From the NCBI GenBank assembly GCA_003233055.1, contig QIKP01000017.1, forward strand, positions 8,299-72,298: a DNA stretch of 64,000 bases, in the 5' to 3' direction. Below the pieces are notes generated by a model. It made no database searches and was not told the DNA's origin. It was given only the letters and a program-made list of their open reading frames with translations. Positions 49,113 through 59,358 of this stretch are shown piece after piece; the first letter of the stretch is position 1, and each line of letters starts with the position of its first letter. The stretch comes from Planctomycetaceae bacterium (GTDB taxonomy: Bacteria; Planctomycetota; Planctomycetia; Pirellulales; Lacipirellulaceae). A program made the position numbers and the translations under genes.

Positions 49113-50372
49113 ATGAGCCCCATTCAAGTCTCCGAAACCAACCCTGGCGATTCGAGGAAGGAGACCAGCCGTGGGGACGGCTCCTCCGCCCCCCCTGGGC
49201 ACCAGATGTCGACCCTGGCCGTTCATGCCGGGGAGTCCCGGCAGAAGCCAGGGGACTCGATTACGGACCCGATCTTCTGCGCGTCGACCTACACGTTCCG
49301 CGATACCCAAGCGATCATCGACTTCATCGAGCAAGAGCAGCCTCGCGAAGAATATGGTCGGTATGGCAACCCGGGCGAACGAGTTGCCGAACGGAAAATT
49401 GCCGCACTTGAAGGGGCCGAGGAGGCCGTTCTTTATTCCAGCGGCATGGCGGCGCTGGTCGGACTCCTGATGACGAAGCTCAGTTCGGGCGACGAGGTGA
49501 TCTTTTTCAATGAGTGTTACCATCGAAGTCGAGAATTCTGCCGGAAGCATCTTTCGCGATTCGGCGTCACCACGATCGACGTGCCGACCGGGGACTACGA
49601 CGCGATGCGTGCCGCCATCGGACCCCAAACGCGAATGCTCATTAGTGAGTCGCCCACGAACCCGCATCAAAGCGTCGTCGATATCCATCGGTTTGCGAAG
49701 CTGGGGCACGACACAGGGGTCGAAACCCTCATCGACGCCACCCTCGCGACTCCCTACAACTTGCGTCCGATCGAGGCGGGCGTCGACTACGTGCTCCACT
49801 CGGCGACCAAATACCTGGGGGGGCATAACGACCTTTTGGCCGGAGTGATTGCCGGGTCGCAAAAAATGCTCGAGCCGGTCCGCTACCTCCGAGGGATCAT
49901 GGGAGCGATCAACGGGCCGCAAAATATTTATTTGCTTCTTCGCGGCCTGAAGACTTTCGAGCTGCGAATGGCTCGCCACAACGAAAACGGCCAGCGAGTT
50001 GCTCAGTTCCTGGAAGCCCATCCCCGCGTGGAGAAGGTTTACTATCCAGGGCTCCCTTCTCACCGCGATCACGATATCGCGGTTCGCACGATGCGAGGCT
50101 ACGGAGGGCTTGTCACGTTCCTCCTGAAGGAGGCCGATTGGCGAGCGACCGCCGATGTCGTGGACGCGGTAACGATTCCCCGTATCGCTCCAAGTCTGGG
50201 GGGCGTCGAGTCGCTCATCGAGCAACCGCTGGTGATGAGTTACTATCAATGCACGCCCCAAGAACGTGCCGAATATGGGATTCCGGACAACATGATTCGT
50301 CTGTCGTGCGGGATCGAGGATTCGAGCGACTTGATCGCCGACTTAACCCAGGCTCTCGATGGCACCTCGTAA
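49113..50372 (+). CDS. metB: Cystathionine gamma-synthase-like PLP transsulfuration enzyme
   Basis: TLAVHAG, YGRYGNP, LEGAE, SSGMAA, ESPTNP, HSATKYLGGH (PLP Lys), SLGGVESL, IRLSCGIED; start uncertain (49113 or 49206). Confidence 0.85.
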   Translation: MSPIQVSETNPGDSRKETSRGDGSSAPPGHQMSTLAVHAGESRQKPGDSITDPIFCASTYTFRDTQAIIDFIEQEQPREEYGRYGNPGERVAERKIAALEGAEEAVLYSSGMAALVGLLMTKLSSGDEVIFFNECYHRSREFCRKHLSRFGVTTIDVPTGDYDAMRAAIGPQTRMLISESPTNPHQSVVDIHRFAKLGHDTGVETLIDATLATPYNLRPIEAGVDYVLHSATKYLGGHNDLLAGVIAGSQKMLEPVRYLRGIMGAINGPQNIYLLLRGLKTFELRMARHNENGQRVAQFLEAHPRVEKVYYPGLPSHRDHDIAVRTMRGYGGLVTFLLKEADWRATADVVDAVTIPRIAPSLGGVESLIEQPLVMSYYQCTPQERAEYGIPDNMIRLSCGIEDSSDLIADLTQALDGTS

Positions 50373-50390
50373 GCAATCCCGAGGAAGCGA

Positions 50391-50924
50391 ATGGTAACGA
50401 ATCCCCCTATCGGCCGATTTTCGTCTTGGAGGAGGTCGATCGGCATGGCGATGGGGGCCATTCTTGCGGGAGTCGGCGTCGGGGTGGTCTCGGCCATGTT
50501 CCAGCAGGCAGGGTTCTCCCTCGTCGGGATCCAGTCGATCGCCGTCGGCACCGCACTTGGAGTCCTGCTCCTCGGCATGACTTCCCTGGCCCATGCGAGC
50601 CGGACTGCTTGGTTCGCCGTGGCGATCGCTTGTTGCTGCGCCATCGCCACGCAACATATTTGGCTCTACAACATGGCGATGGCGTCACGGGCGGACGAGA
50701 TTCGGCGAAAACCAGCGGCGGAACTTTTCAGGCCAGGCTGGTCGGAGGAATCACTGTTCGACTATCTAAGCGCCGAAGCCGAGCCATGGCGGGTAGGGCT
50801 TTGGCTCGTCGACGGATGCTTGCTCACCATCGCTGCGGTGGTTATCGTCAACCGGAGACACAAAATGAATGCTCAGGTTGAGTCGGTCGATGGGAGGAAA
50901 ACGTCATGCAAATCTTCGGCATAG
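50391..50924 (+). CDS. Hypothetical membrane protein
   Basis: About four hydrophobic segments; stop overlaps acpS start. Confidence 0.65.
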   Translation: MVTNPPIGRFSSWRRSIGMAMGAILAGVGVGVVSAMFQQAGFSLVGIQSIAVGTALGVLLLGMTSLAHASRTAWFAVAIACCCAIATQHIWLYNMAMASRADEIRRKPAAELFRPGWSEESLFDYLSAEAEPWRVGLWLVDGCLLTIAAVVIVNRRHKMNAQVESVDGRKTSCKSSA

Positions 50925-51301
50925 GTACGGACATCACGGAATGTTTGCGTATCGCCCGGATGATCGAACGACATGGTGAGCTCTTTATCACGCGAGTCTA
51001 CACCGATGTCGAGATTGCCTATTGCAGCACCCGCAAAGCGGCAACGCAGCACTACGCGGGCCGATGGGCGGCGAAAGAGGCCGTGCTCAAAGCGCTCGGC
51101 ACCGGCTGGCGGCGTGGAATCAGCTGGCGCGATATCGAAGTTCGCAACCTGCCAAGCGGAGCGCCCACTATTTTCCTGAGAGGTGGCGCGAGAGAGGTCT
51201 TCGAGAAATCGGCGATCCAGAAGATGCACATCAGCCTCTCCCATTGCCGAAGCCACGCCACCGCCTACGCCATCGCCGAAAGTGCGATGGCCCCAGATTG
51301 A
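50906..51301 (+). CDS. acpS: Holo-[acyl-carrier-protein] synthase
   Basis: GIGTDI, AGRWAAKEAVLKALGTG, GAP, ISLSH. Confidence 0.95.
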   Translation: MQIFGIGTDITECLRIARMIERHGELFITRVYTDVEIAYCSTRKAATQHYAGRWAAKEAVLKALGTGWRRGISWRDIEVRNLPSGAPTIFLRGGAREVFEKSAIQKMHISLSHCRSHATAYAIAESAMAPD

Positions 51302-51486
51302 CGAATACCGACGAAGGAGGTGGGAGGTTCCAGGGAGAGGGGCTGCCAGGGATGCCTTGCTGGACGATGCCGGGATAGCCTTCCGCTACTCCTGGCTCCC
51401 ACGGCGCGCTCGCTTGAAAACGGTGGCCCAGTCGGTTGTAATCCTTGGACTCGGTCATCTTGCACCCATGGAGGAGTGGCACCCCT

Positions 51487-52071
51487 ATGATTCTCTCCGG
51501 TCAGCAAATCAAGCATCGTCTCGGAAAAGATATTCTTATCGAACCTTTCGACGATCAGCGGATCAACCCCAATAGCTATAACCTGAGTCTCCACAACGAG
51601 TTAATGGTCTATGAAGAGCTGGTGCTCGACATGGGTAAAGCCAATCGGGTAAGGCGGATTGAGGTTCCCGCCGAGGGGCTCACTCTCAGTCCCAACCAGC
51701 TCTACCTGGGACGCACCATCGAGAAGACGACCACTCACAATCTGGTTCCACAGATCGAAGGGCGGTCGTCGGTCGGTCGGCTCGGGCTATTCGTCCACGT
51801 GACGGCCGGCTTCGGCGATGTTGGTTTTTCTGGGTACTGGACGCTGGAGATGTTTGCGGTTCAACCCATTCGCATCTATCCGGGTGTTCCGATCTGCCAA
51901 ATTTTCTACCACGAGATCACTGGCGATATTGTCGAATACTCCAGCAAGTACCAGCATAATCGCGACATTCAGCCGAGCTTGCTCCATGAAGAGCTTTCCC
52001 CCGATGGCGAAGACCCGCAACTCGCGCTGAATTTTGGGATGGAATTACCGAGGCATGGAAGTACCGAGTAA
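51487..52071 (+). CDS. dcd: dCTP deaminase
   Basis: MILS, NPNSYNL, GRSSVGRLGL, DVGFSG..TLE, ICQI, KYQ. Confidence 0.92.
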   Translation: MILSGQQIKHRLGKDILIEPFDDQRINPNSYNLSLHNELMVYEELVLDMGKANRVRRIEVPAEGLTLSPNQLYLGRTIEKTTTHNLVPQIEGRSSVGRLGLFVHVTAGFGDVGFSGYWTLEMFAVQPIRIYPGVPICQIFYHEITGDIVEYSSKYQHNRDIQPSLLHEELSPDGEDPQLALNFGMELPRHGSTE

Positions 52072-52107
52072 CGAGAGCCCTCGGCTGTCGACACCGGACA
52101 CCCGACT

Positions 52108-53616
52108 CTACATGACCGCAAAGTAGTTTTCGACCGCGAAGTCAAGCGTTTCGTTCGACATCACGGCAGGTTGTTTCGTGTACCGACAGTAGTTGCGGAT
52201 TTGCAATAAGAGATCACGCGGTTGGCAGCAGCGCATGGGGCGGTTCACCGCACGGTAGTGGTTTTCCATCAGGTAGTCGAGCGACTTCTCGTCGTAGGCG
52301 ACGCCGATAATGGGTGCCATGATACCAAACAACTTGCGGAAGGCTTCCTCGCTAGGATCGGTCACTTCGATCTTATACGGAATCCGGCGAAGGAAGGCGT
52401 CGTCCACGAGGTCCTTCGGCTCCAAGTTCGTGGAGAAGATAATCAGTTGATCGAAGGGGACCTGGATTTTCTTGCCGCTCGAGAGGTTGAGGAAGTCATA
52501 CCGCTTTTCTAGGGGGATAATCCATCGGTTGAGAAGCTCGTCGGTGGTCATCCTCTGACGACCAAAGTCGTCGATCACGAGCGTGCCGCAGTTGCTCTTG
52601 AGTTGTAGCGGGGCTTCACTGACGTTGGTGTTCGTGTTGAGGGTAACTTCGAGGGACTCCATGGTCAGTTCGCCGCCAACGACGATCGTTGGCCTGCGAA
52701 TCCGGACCCAGCGATTGTCCGCTTTTCGATCATCGAGAAGGCCCTCGAATTCTTCCACCGGTGCGGCTTCGTGCAAGCTCGGGTCGAAAACTCGCATGAT
52801 CTCACCATCCAGGCCGATGGCTCGTGGAATCCAGATGAACTCGCCGAACGCCTTGGTAACCCGCTCGGCAATGCTGGTCTTGCCATTGCCCGGTGCGCCA
52901 AACAGAAAGAGCCCGCGTCCCGAATTAATCGCCGGTCCCAGCCGCAAGAGCATTCGTTGGTCGATGAGCAAGTCCTCAAAAGCCCGAGCGAGATCTTCTT
53001 CAGAAGGCTGCTGGTTCGCGAGTGTTTGCTCGGAGACGCTGTGGAGGTACTGCTGGAGCGTGACGGGAGCGGCACCAAAATAGGTGCAATATTCCGAAAG
53101 TTTTTTGGCTCGCTCTCGCCCTTTGTTCGTCGGTTGGTAGATGTAGTCGTTGATCATCGCCGCGTTGCGAAACGCGATAAGCTGGTTCTGCTTCATCATT
53201 TGCAGTAACGGATCGATGAGTCGGAAAGGCAGCTTGATGGACTCCGACAGATCCCGCCCGCTCGCCTCGCTTCGCGCGCTGAGCGACTTGAGCAGCAAGT
53301 CCTCCACTTCACTTTCCGATAGCCCGGCCGCCGGGATGTCTTCTGGCTCTGCGGGATACCAATCGCCCTGAGCATCTTGGACATCGGCGTTGGAGGCCGC
53401 TTCCGGCGATGGGGGGGCGACACGAACCGCAGGGGAGGGAGCCGCTACGGTTTCTTCTGTAAGGGCGGAAGAGGGGGGGCTGGTCTCCAGCGCAGGCGGC
53501 AGCCCTTCCGCATTGGTGGTGAGTTGGTGGATACGATTGAGCAAAGAGTCGAGACGCTCCTGCCCTGTTTCGGGGGATGCTGACGTCGGGTCCCCCTCGA
53601 TGGTGCCAGTACTCAT
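52108..53616 (-). CDS. AAA+ ATPase with winged-helix-like region, paralogue of 3259-4659
   Basis: [53 protein letters not shown]; Pro/Ala-rich N-terminal extension. Confidence 0.85.
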   Translation of the reverse strand: MSTGTIEGDPTSASPETGQERLDSLLNRIHQLTTNAEGLPPALETSPPSSALTEETVAAPSPAVRVAPPSPEAASNADVQDAQGDWYPAEPEDIPAAGLSESEVEDLLLKSLSARSEASGRDLSESIKLPFRLIDPLLQMMKQNQLIAFRNAAMINDYIYQPTNKGRERAKKLSEYCTYFGAAPVTLQQYLHSVSEQTLANQQPSEEDLARAFEDLLIDQRMLLRLGPAINSGRGLFLFGAPGNGKTSIAERVTKAFGEFIWIPRAIGLDGEIMRVFDPSLHEAAPVEEFEGLLDDRKADNRWVRIRRPTIVVGGELTMESLEVTLNTNTNVSEAPLQLKSNCGTLVIDDFGRQRMTTDELLNRWIIPLEKRYDFLNLSSGKKIQVPFDQLIIFSTNLEPKDLVDDAFLRRIPYKIEVTDPSEEAFRKLFGIMAPIIGVAYDEKSLDYLMENHYRAVNRPMRCCQPRDLLLQIRNYCRYTKQPAVMSNETLDFAVENYFAVM

Positions 53617-54086
53617 GCGGAGACTCTCAGGAAGGAGTGGTTGTTATCGATCCAAGCAACAAGGGAATGGCAAATCCCTGCTCGGAACATTATTTAGGGA
53701 CCTCATGCGCCGCTGGGCCCTCCTTCTACAGTGAGGGGCCCTTTCCCTGCTCGCCGTTCCATACGACCTCACAGAGCGCCGGGTAGGGAGTTCGACTCGC
53801 AAAACGTAGGTCGAAATTAGCCACATGCAAACGAAGGGAGGGAGGGAGGCGATTGCAACGGTCGTAGGGGATGCCCCGAGTATTCCAAATACGATCTTGC
53901 CAATCGCTCCATCCGAGCGGTTGTCGAGTCAGGACTGGCCTTCGCAGGCTGTTTGGCAGCGTATATTTTAGAAGCCATGCGGAGAAAGGTGCTGCATGGC
54001 ATCGCGACCATCGCTCACGATCCCAACGACCTATCCCACGGCAGCGCGCCTTGACGTTTGCCCTCCTTTCACTTTGGCCAACCTCC

Positions 54087-54992
54087 GTGACCACAGCCGC
54101 TCCCTCATTGCCCAAAGGCCTTAGTAACGGAGCTTTACAGCTTCCGAACGAGGCGCTCGAAGCTCTCTTTCAGCGTCTGAGTGAACTCTCTTCCTTGCCG
54201 TCGATTGCACTTCGTATCATCGAAGCGGCCGTCGACGAAGGAACGGATGCCGAGGACCTTCGCCGCCTGATTGAAAAAGACCCGGCCCTTTCGGCTCGAA
54301 TCATACGGATCGTGAACTCCTCGTTCTACGCAGTGCGGCAGGAGGTGGCCGACCTGAAGAGCGCGATCGCTCTTTTGGGAACGAAGCAGATTCGCAATAT
54401 CGCGATCACGGTATTCGTCTCGCGGCAGTTCCGCCCCGCCTCGAGTAGCGAGACGCTCGATCGGAATCGCCTTTGGAATCACGCGATGGCTGTCGGTGCG
54501 ATCGCACGCCTACTCGCCACGACAACGCGTAAGTGCGATCCGGAAGAAGCCTATTTAGCCGGCCTGCTTCATGACATTGGTCTTTTGATTATCGACCAGC
54601 ATCTAGGTCGCCATGTTCCGAAGATCCAGTCGATCGTCGGCGAGGGCCAGACGCTGCATGATGCGGCCCAACAAGTGCTGACGTTCGATCCTTCGCAATT
54701 GGGCGCTTACGTGGCATGGCGGTCGCATTTCCCGGCTCGGCTCGTTAGTGCGATTGAATTTCAGCGTAAACCAGACGAATACGTTGGCGAGGACCGCCAG
54801 CTTACCGACTTGGTGGCGGTCGCCGACCACGTTGCCACGCAGAGCGGATCGGGGGTCTTGAAAGGTTCCGACGTACCCTCGCCTTCGGAGGAGGTCTTTG
54901 CTCGACTCGACCTGGATAGCAATGCGATGAAGCGGATTTGGGCGCAAGTCGACGAAACCCTGGCAGCGACGCAATCGCTGTCGGCGTGTTGA
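54087..54992 (+). CDS. HDOD domain signalling protein
   Basis: LPSIALRI, DPALSARIIRIVNSSFY, AI.LLG, LWNH, AGLLHDIG; start uncertain. Confidence 0.88.
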   Translation: MTTAAPSLPKGLSNGALQLPNEALEALFQRLSELSSLPSIALRIIEAAVDEGTDAEDLRRLIEKDPALSARIIRIVNSSFYAVRQEVADLKSAIALLGTKQIRNIAITVFVSRQFRPASSSETLDRNRLWNHAMAVGAIARLLATTTRKCDPEEAYLAGLLHDIGLLIIDQHLGRHVPKIQSIVGEGQTLHDAAQQVLTFDPSQLGAYVAWRSHFPARLVSAIEFQRKPDEYVGEDRQLTDLVAVADHVATQSGSGVLKGSDVPSPSEEVFARLDLDSNAMKRIWAQVDETLAATQSLSAC

Positions 54993-55071
54993 GGCAGGCT
55001 GGACGACCCTGCCGTAGAGGGTCAGGAATGGTAAACTGCCTCTAATTCGATCTCCCTCACGAGCGTTTCCC

Positions 55072-55923
55072 ATGCAAGTCATTATTACTGCCGTAGGTCC
55101 CGACAATCGTGGCCTCGCCGATCCGATCGTTCACTCGGTTACCAGCCTTGGTGCCAACATCGGCGAAATTCAGATGTACGATCATGACCAAGAGTCGGTC
55201 TTTTCGATGCTGACACGGGTCGAAATCGACGAGAGCCGACGTGGCGAACTCGACGAGGCGATGAGTGAGGCAGCAAAACGGACCGGCCTCTCGGTGAGGA
55301 CTTGGTCGCCCGATCGGCTTGGTCGTCAGCCACGACTGGCAATCTGTGTGACCTACCGTTCGGAAACTCCCCTGGCAGTCCTGCGAGCGATTCGCGATGG
55401 GCTGATCAAGGCGGAAGCAAGCGTGATGATTGGCAATCGAGAGAAATGCCGGCATCTGGCGGAGCAGTTTAGCGTGCCTTGGGTCAATATCGCCAGCAAA
55501 GAGGGGGTCCCCAATGACGAGCGATTGATCGATGTTTGCGACGAACATCAAGTCGACTACATCGTCCTTGCCCGATACATGCGGGTGCTACCGGCGGCCA
55601 GTTGCTGGAAATATGCCGGTGGGCGGATTATCAATCTGCATCATGGGCTACTCCCCAGCTTCCCTGGCATGAGGCCCTACCAAGAGGCGTATGCGAGCCG
55701 AATGCTCACCTACGGGGCAACCTGCCATTTCATTGTGCCCGAACTCGATGCCGGTAATCAGATCGTCTATCAATCGACGTTCACGGTTCCCCCCGGCATG
55801 GGTTGCGACGAGATCATCCGCCGCGGGCAGGAGGACAACGAACCGCATTGCCTGGTCGAGGGCGTGCGCCGCGTGGTGGATGGCGAAGTGCAGCTCCACT
55901 TCAACCGAGTAGTGAGCCGATAG
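55072..55923 (+). CDS. purU: Formyltetrahydrofolate deformylase
   Basis: N-terminal ACT (GPDNRGL), VLARYMRVL, INLHHGLLPSFPG.RPY, GATCHF, LDAG. Confidence 0.92.
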   Translation: MQVIITAVGPDNRGLADPIVHSVTSLGANIGEIQMYDHDQESVFSMLTRVEIDESRRGELDEAMSEAAKRTGLSVRTWSPDRLGRQPRLAICVTYRSETPLAVLRAIRDGLIKAEASVMIGNREKCRHLAEQFSVPWVNIASKEGVPNDERLIDVCDEHQVDYIVLARYMRVLPAASCWKYAGGRIINLHHGLLPSFPGMRPYQEAYASRMLTYGATCHFIVPELDAGNQIVYQSTFTVPPGMGCDEIIRRGQEDNEPHCLVEGVRRVVDGEVQLHFNRVVSR

Positions 55924-56100
55924 AACAGTGATCACTCGGATGTTCCGCTAAGGCAATCGTTTGACGCTGAAATAGCAGCGCCGTGACCGGAACATGCGTA
56001 TGCGGCTCGCACTAGAGCAGTGATCACTCGGATGTTCCGCTAAGGCAATCGTTTGACGCTGAAATAGCAGCGCCGTGACCGGAACATGCGTGTGCGGCTC
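55921..56100 (+). repeat. 92-bp tandem duplication (2 copies), structured unit
   Basis: Units start at 55921 and 56013, near identical; internal ATGTTCCG/CGGAACAT and CGCTG/CAGCG stems. Confidence 0.92.
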
Positions 56101-56141
56101 CCACGTCGGGAGCCGAAACACTCCGGCGATCGACGCCGATT

Positions 56142-58667
56142 CTACGGCGTCGGAATGCTCCCCGCGTCGACGCCCAGCGTGCCGGACTGGTTCACCGTAC
56201 CGGTGTTATTCGTGTCCACGTTTAGCAGGTCTTGCACCGTAAGGGTGCCCGTATTGTTCGTAAGGTCGAAGGTTCCCGAACCGCCATCGGCCGTATTGCC
56301 ATTGAGGAGAAGCCGCACCGAGGCATTCGCGTTGTTTGTGTCGATCGTAAATTCGCTCGCCGTTCCGTTATTCAAGAGCGTATTGTTTTGGATGGTGGTG
56401 TTGAGCGTGACGGCATTGTTGGCATCGATATCGACTGTCGAATCGGTATTGCTGGTATTCGTAAAAGTATTGCCCGTTATCAGGAAGTCGATGTCATTCG
56501 ACGCCGTTTGGTTGCCAACGAGCCGAAAAGCCGAGCCGCTGGCGACCGTAAACGTGCTGACGGTCACCTCGATATTGGCTTCGTCTGCCGCCGCGTCCAT
56601 CTCCGCCAAGAAACCTTCCGCAAGGGTCGCGGTCGTTTCGGTATCGACGACTTGTACGTCGAACAACCCGGTCCCTCGGCCATCGGCAAAGATTCCTTGC
56701 GTGGCCGCGCCGTTGATGTCGCTTCCCATGATCTGAACATCGTACGCTTGATCGTCGGTGTGGACCAGGTTGAACCCACGCCCGCCAGCATTGTCGATGT
56801 CCATGGTGTCGAAGTTCACGTCGGTCGAGTTGGTCACGCGCACCGCGTCGCTTGTTGCGTTCGCAATCGAAGTGGAGTTGACGTTGACGATGCCCCGAGC
56901 GTTGGAGATATCGACTCCACGCGTGTTCCCGTCGAACGACGACGAGGTGATGTTCGTGGTGCCGCCGGTGTTGGTATTTTGCAGATCGACACCAACACCC
57001 GAGCCACCCATGCTGGTAATATTGGAAACGTTGATCGTTTCGTTGAGGTCGGTGTTGGCGAGCGTCGGATCGACACCCGAGTCGGCATCGATCGAGATGT
57101 CATTGCCACCGATGTTCTCGAAGGCGACTTGGTCGATCGTCACGTTAAAGTCGATCTCCGTCGTGTCGCCATCGCCATCCTCGTCGTCTGCATCGTCTCT
57201 GGCAAACGCGTTGAGGACGATGCCGTCACCGGTGGTGTTGGAGATTTGCAAGTTGCGAAGCGTCGGGTCGGCCGTGGCGGTCGTTCCATCGATGCCGACC
57301 GTTCCTCCCACGAGATTGAGGTTGTTGACAGTGTTGATGCCAGCGAGTGTGACGGAGGTTCCGGCACCCGTTTGTTCGATTCGAGGCCGGGCCAGCGCAC
57401 CGGCTCCCAGGGCGGTTTCGGGGAGATCGACCATTCCCAGCTCCGTGGTAGTTACCTGGTGCGTCACGCCATCCCCTTCGCCCAGCAGTTGTTGGTTGTT
57501 GCGTAGGGTGATCGTCGTATCGTCGAATCGGCTTCCCCCATGCAGAAGAATCGTATCGCCCTCGGCACTCGCTAGGAACACGGGCGAAATATCATTGAAC
57601 GGCCGCTCGAAACTGCCATCGCCTCCCGCTGAGGCGCTGCTATCGACATGGACGATGCTAAACGGATTTCCTTGGCCATCGGTCAAGGCGCGGCCCCCCA
57701 ATGTGCTTGACTGGGCGATCGCTACGTAGTCATTGCGCAGCACCGGCTCGCGAAGTCGATCCGCCACCGTACAGGTCGCGCAATGGTCACTACGAGTACG
57801 GCCAATGAACCAAATGACGCTGAAGACCGCGTTGGTGTCAAACAGGTCGTCATCCGTCACGGCGATCTGGAGCAGGAGATCCGGAAAGACGTAGCCTCGA
57901 ACACCTGCCTTAACACCGGTGGTGTAGTCAAACTCGCCGCCGGCCATTCCATAGGCACCACCGAAAGCCCATGCGTCGCGATTGGCAATCCTGCGTGCCA
58001 ACTCAAATTCACCGACGGTGAGCGCGGTATCACGGGGAGAACTGGTTTCCTGAGCAAGATCCGAGCCGACGAAGATAAGGTCACCGGTGGGCGTGAAATT
58101 AGAGGCTTTTTGTCGATCGCCGAGGGGCAAGTAGCCATTCATGCGGAAATCCCACAAGTCGCCAAGCGCCTCGAAGGAAATACCAAGCTGAGAGAAAAAA
58201 TGATCGTTGATCGTCGAAGAACCATCGGACCAAAGGCTCACTCCGACGACTCGCATCGGGTCGGGGTCGAAGGCCAGGGTGTCGTCCCAGAGCCACCGGT
58301 AGCCGGCACCGACGTTGTAGCCGACGCCATCGACGTCGTTCATCGTCACCTGACCATCCAGGAAGGCTGACGCGTCACCCAAGTCGAACATCCGCATCAT
58401 TCCAAGATCGAAATTGCCTTCGCCTTGGCCATAGCTTTGCGTGCTGTACCTGGCGCGCAGGTGGGCGTTGAGCGACTGGCTAAAGAAGCTCCCTCCCCCC
58501 TGGTACGACTGAGGCGCGCCGCTAGCCACCGGGCCAAACTCGCCAGCAATCACCGGCTCTTGCCCGTTAGTGGTTTGCCCACTGGCGATCAACAGGGTAA
58601 CCCCAACAATCAGATGACAGCAGTTTCGCAGGTAGCCTGCGCGATGCGACGAATCGTTCATCGACAA
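56142..58667 (-). CDS. Secreted protein: N-terminal inverse-autotransporter-like beta-barrel plus right-handed beta-helix
   Basis: Signal peptide; barrel-like GYNVGAGYRW, QLGISFE, FRMNGYLP, GVKAGV; HVDSSASAGGDGSFERPF followed by Asn/Thr/Asp-rich beta-helix repeats. Confidence 0.7.
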   Translation of the reverse strand: MSMNDSSHRAGYLRNCCHLIVGVTLLIASGQTTNGQEPVIAGEFGPVASGAPQSYQGGGSFFSQSLNAHLRARYSTQSYGQGEGNFDLGMMRMFDLGDASAFLDGQVTMNDVDGVGYNVGAGYRWLWDDTLAFDPDPMRVVGVSLWSDGSSTINDHFFSQLGISFEALGDLWDFRMNGYLPLGDRQKASNFTPTGDLIFVGSDLAQETSSPRDTALTVGEFELARRIANRDAWAFGGAYGMAGGEFDYTTGVKAGVRGYVFPDLLLQIAVTDDDLFDTNAVFSVIWFIGRTRSDHCATCTVADRLREPVLRNDYVAIAQSSTLGGRALTDGQGNPFSIVHVDSSASAGGDGSFERPFNDISPVFLASAEGDTILLHGGSRFDDTTITLRNNQQLLGEGDGVTHQVTTTELGMVDLPETALGAGALARPRIEQTGAGTSVTLAGINTVNNLNLVGGTVGIDGTTATADPTLRNLQISNTTGDGIVLNAFARDDADDEDGDGDTTEIDFNVTIDQVAFENIGGNDISIDADSGVDPTLANTDLNETINVSNITSMGGSGVGVDLQNTNTGGTTNITSSSFDGNTRGVDISNARGIVNVNSTSIANATSDAVRVTNSTDVNFDTMDIDNAGGRGFNLVHTDDQAYDVQIMGSDINGAATQGIFADGRGTGLFDVQVVDTETTATLAEGFLAEMDAAADEANIEVTVSTFTVASGSAFRLVGNQTASNDIDFLITGNTFTNTSNTDSTVDIDANNAVTLNTTIQNNTLLNNGTASEFTIDTNNANASVRLLLNGNTADGGSGTFDLTNNTGTLTVQDLLNVDTNNTGTVNQSGTLGVDAGSIPTP

Positions 58668-59090
58668 ACACTCCCAGTAGGTTTAGCACGTAGCTGAAAA
58701 GACGAATTTCCACTGTTGGAAGGCAGACATCCAACCCAACGATTGGCGATGCCTAGTAGCGGAAAAGTGTTGATAAGTTGAGTGACAAGGAGCTTCGGGC
58801 GAGAGGCCCAAGGCGGCGGGGAGGATAGGGAAACGTCGATCGAGTCGCAAGAGCAGAAAGGAAGAAAATAGAAAACCGCGAAGAGACAGCTGCAGGACCG
58901 GGCTTTTTCGTGGCTGGGTCGGATTGAATTTGGGTTGGAGGATTTTGGCGAGAGGAAGTCGATATCCTGGTGAATTGAGGTCATCAGGGGTCTTTGAAAA
59001 AGAAACGACCATGAGCCCGGATGCTCGACCTGGATGCCCGAAACGAGGATTTGGATTGACGGCCCAGGAATTGTCTGACGCAAAGGCAGG

Positions 59091-59291
59091 AAGGAACCAC
59101 GAATCCGACGCAAGCGATGGACAGACTCGTGGTTTTATTTCACCGCCGAGGAAGGGAAGTAGATTGTTTTTTAATTTAATTCCAACCGTTCTCTCGACGT
59201 CTCGGCGGTTCATCGGGCCTTGCCCCCGCCAAGCTTGGTCGGGGCTGCGGGGTTTTTCCTCTGCCGTGATTCGTGAGATTCGTGGTTCCTT
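59091..59291. mobile_element. Nested palindromic element, same family as 10877-11246
   Basis: AAGGAACCACGAATC/GATTCGTGGTTCCTT perfect 15-bp IR enclosing a CCCCGCCAAGCTTGGTCGGGG hairpin. Confidence 0.8.
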
Positions 59292-59358
59292 TTTTCCCGA
59301 GCTAGCAGCCGCTGCCTAAAAACAAGCTCGTTACTGCACACCCCGAAGAGACCGGAGG

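Noticed and set aside
53664-53710. c-di-GMP-I riboswitch-like GGCAAA-TCCCT...AGGGAC
   Set aside because: Lacks the GAAA tetraloop, the following GCAAA and the second helix
58683-59319. ORFs of 131-176 aa in the large intergenic region
   Set aside because: Built largely from repeat modules and promoter-like DNA; no SD or domain evidence
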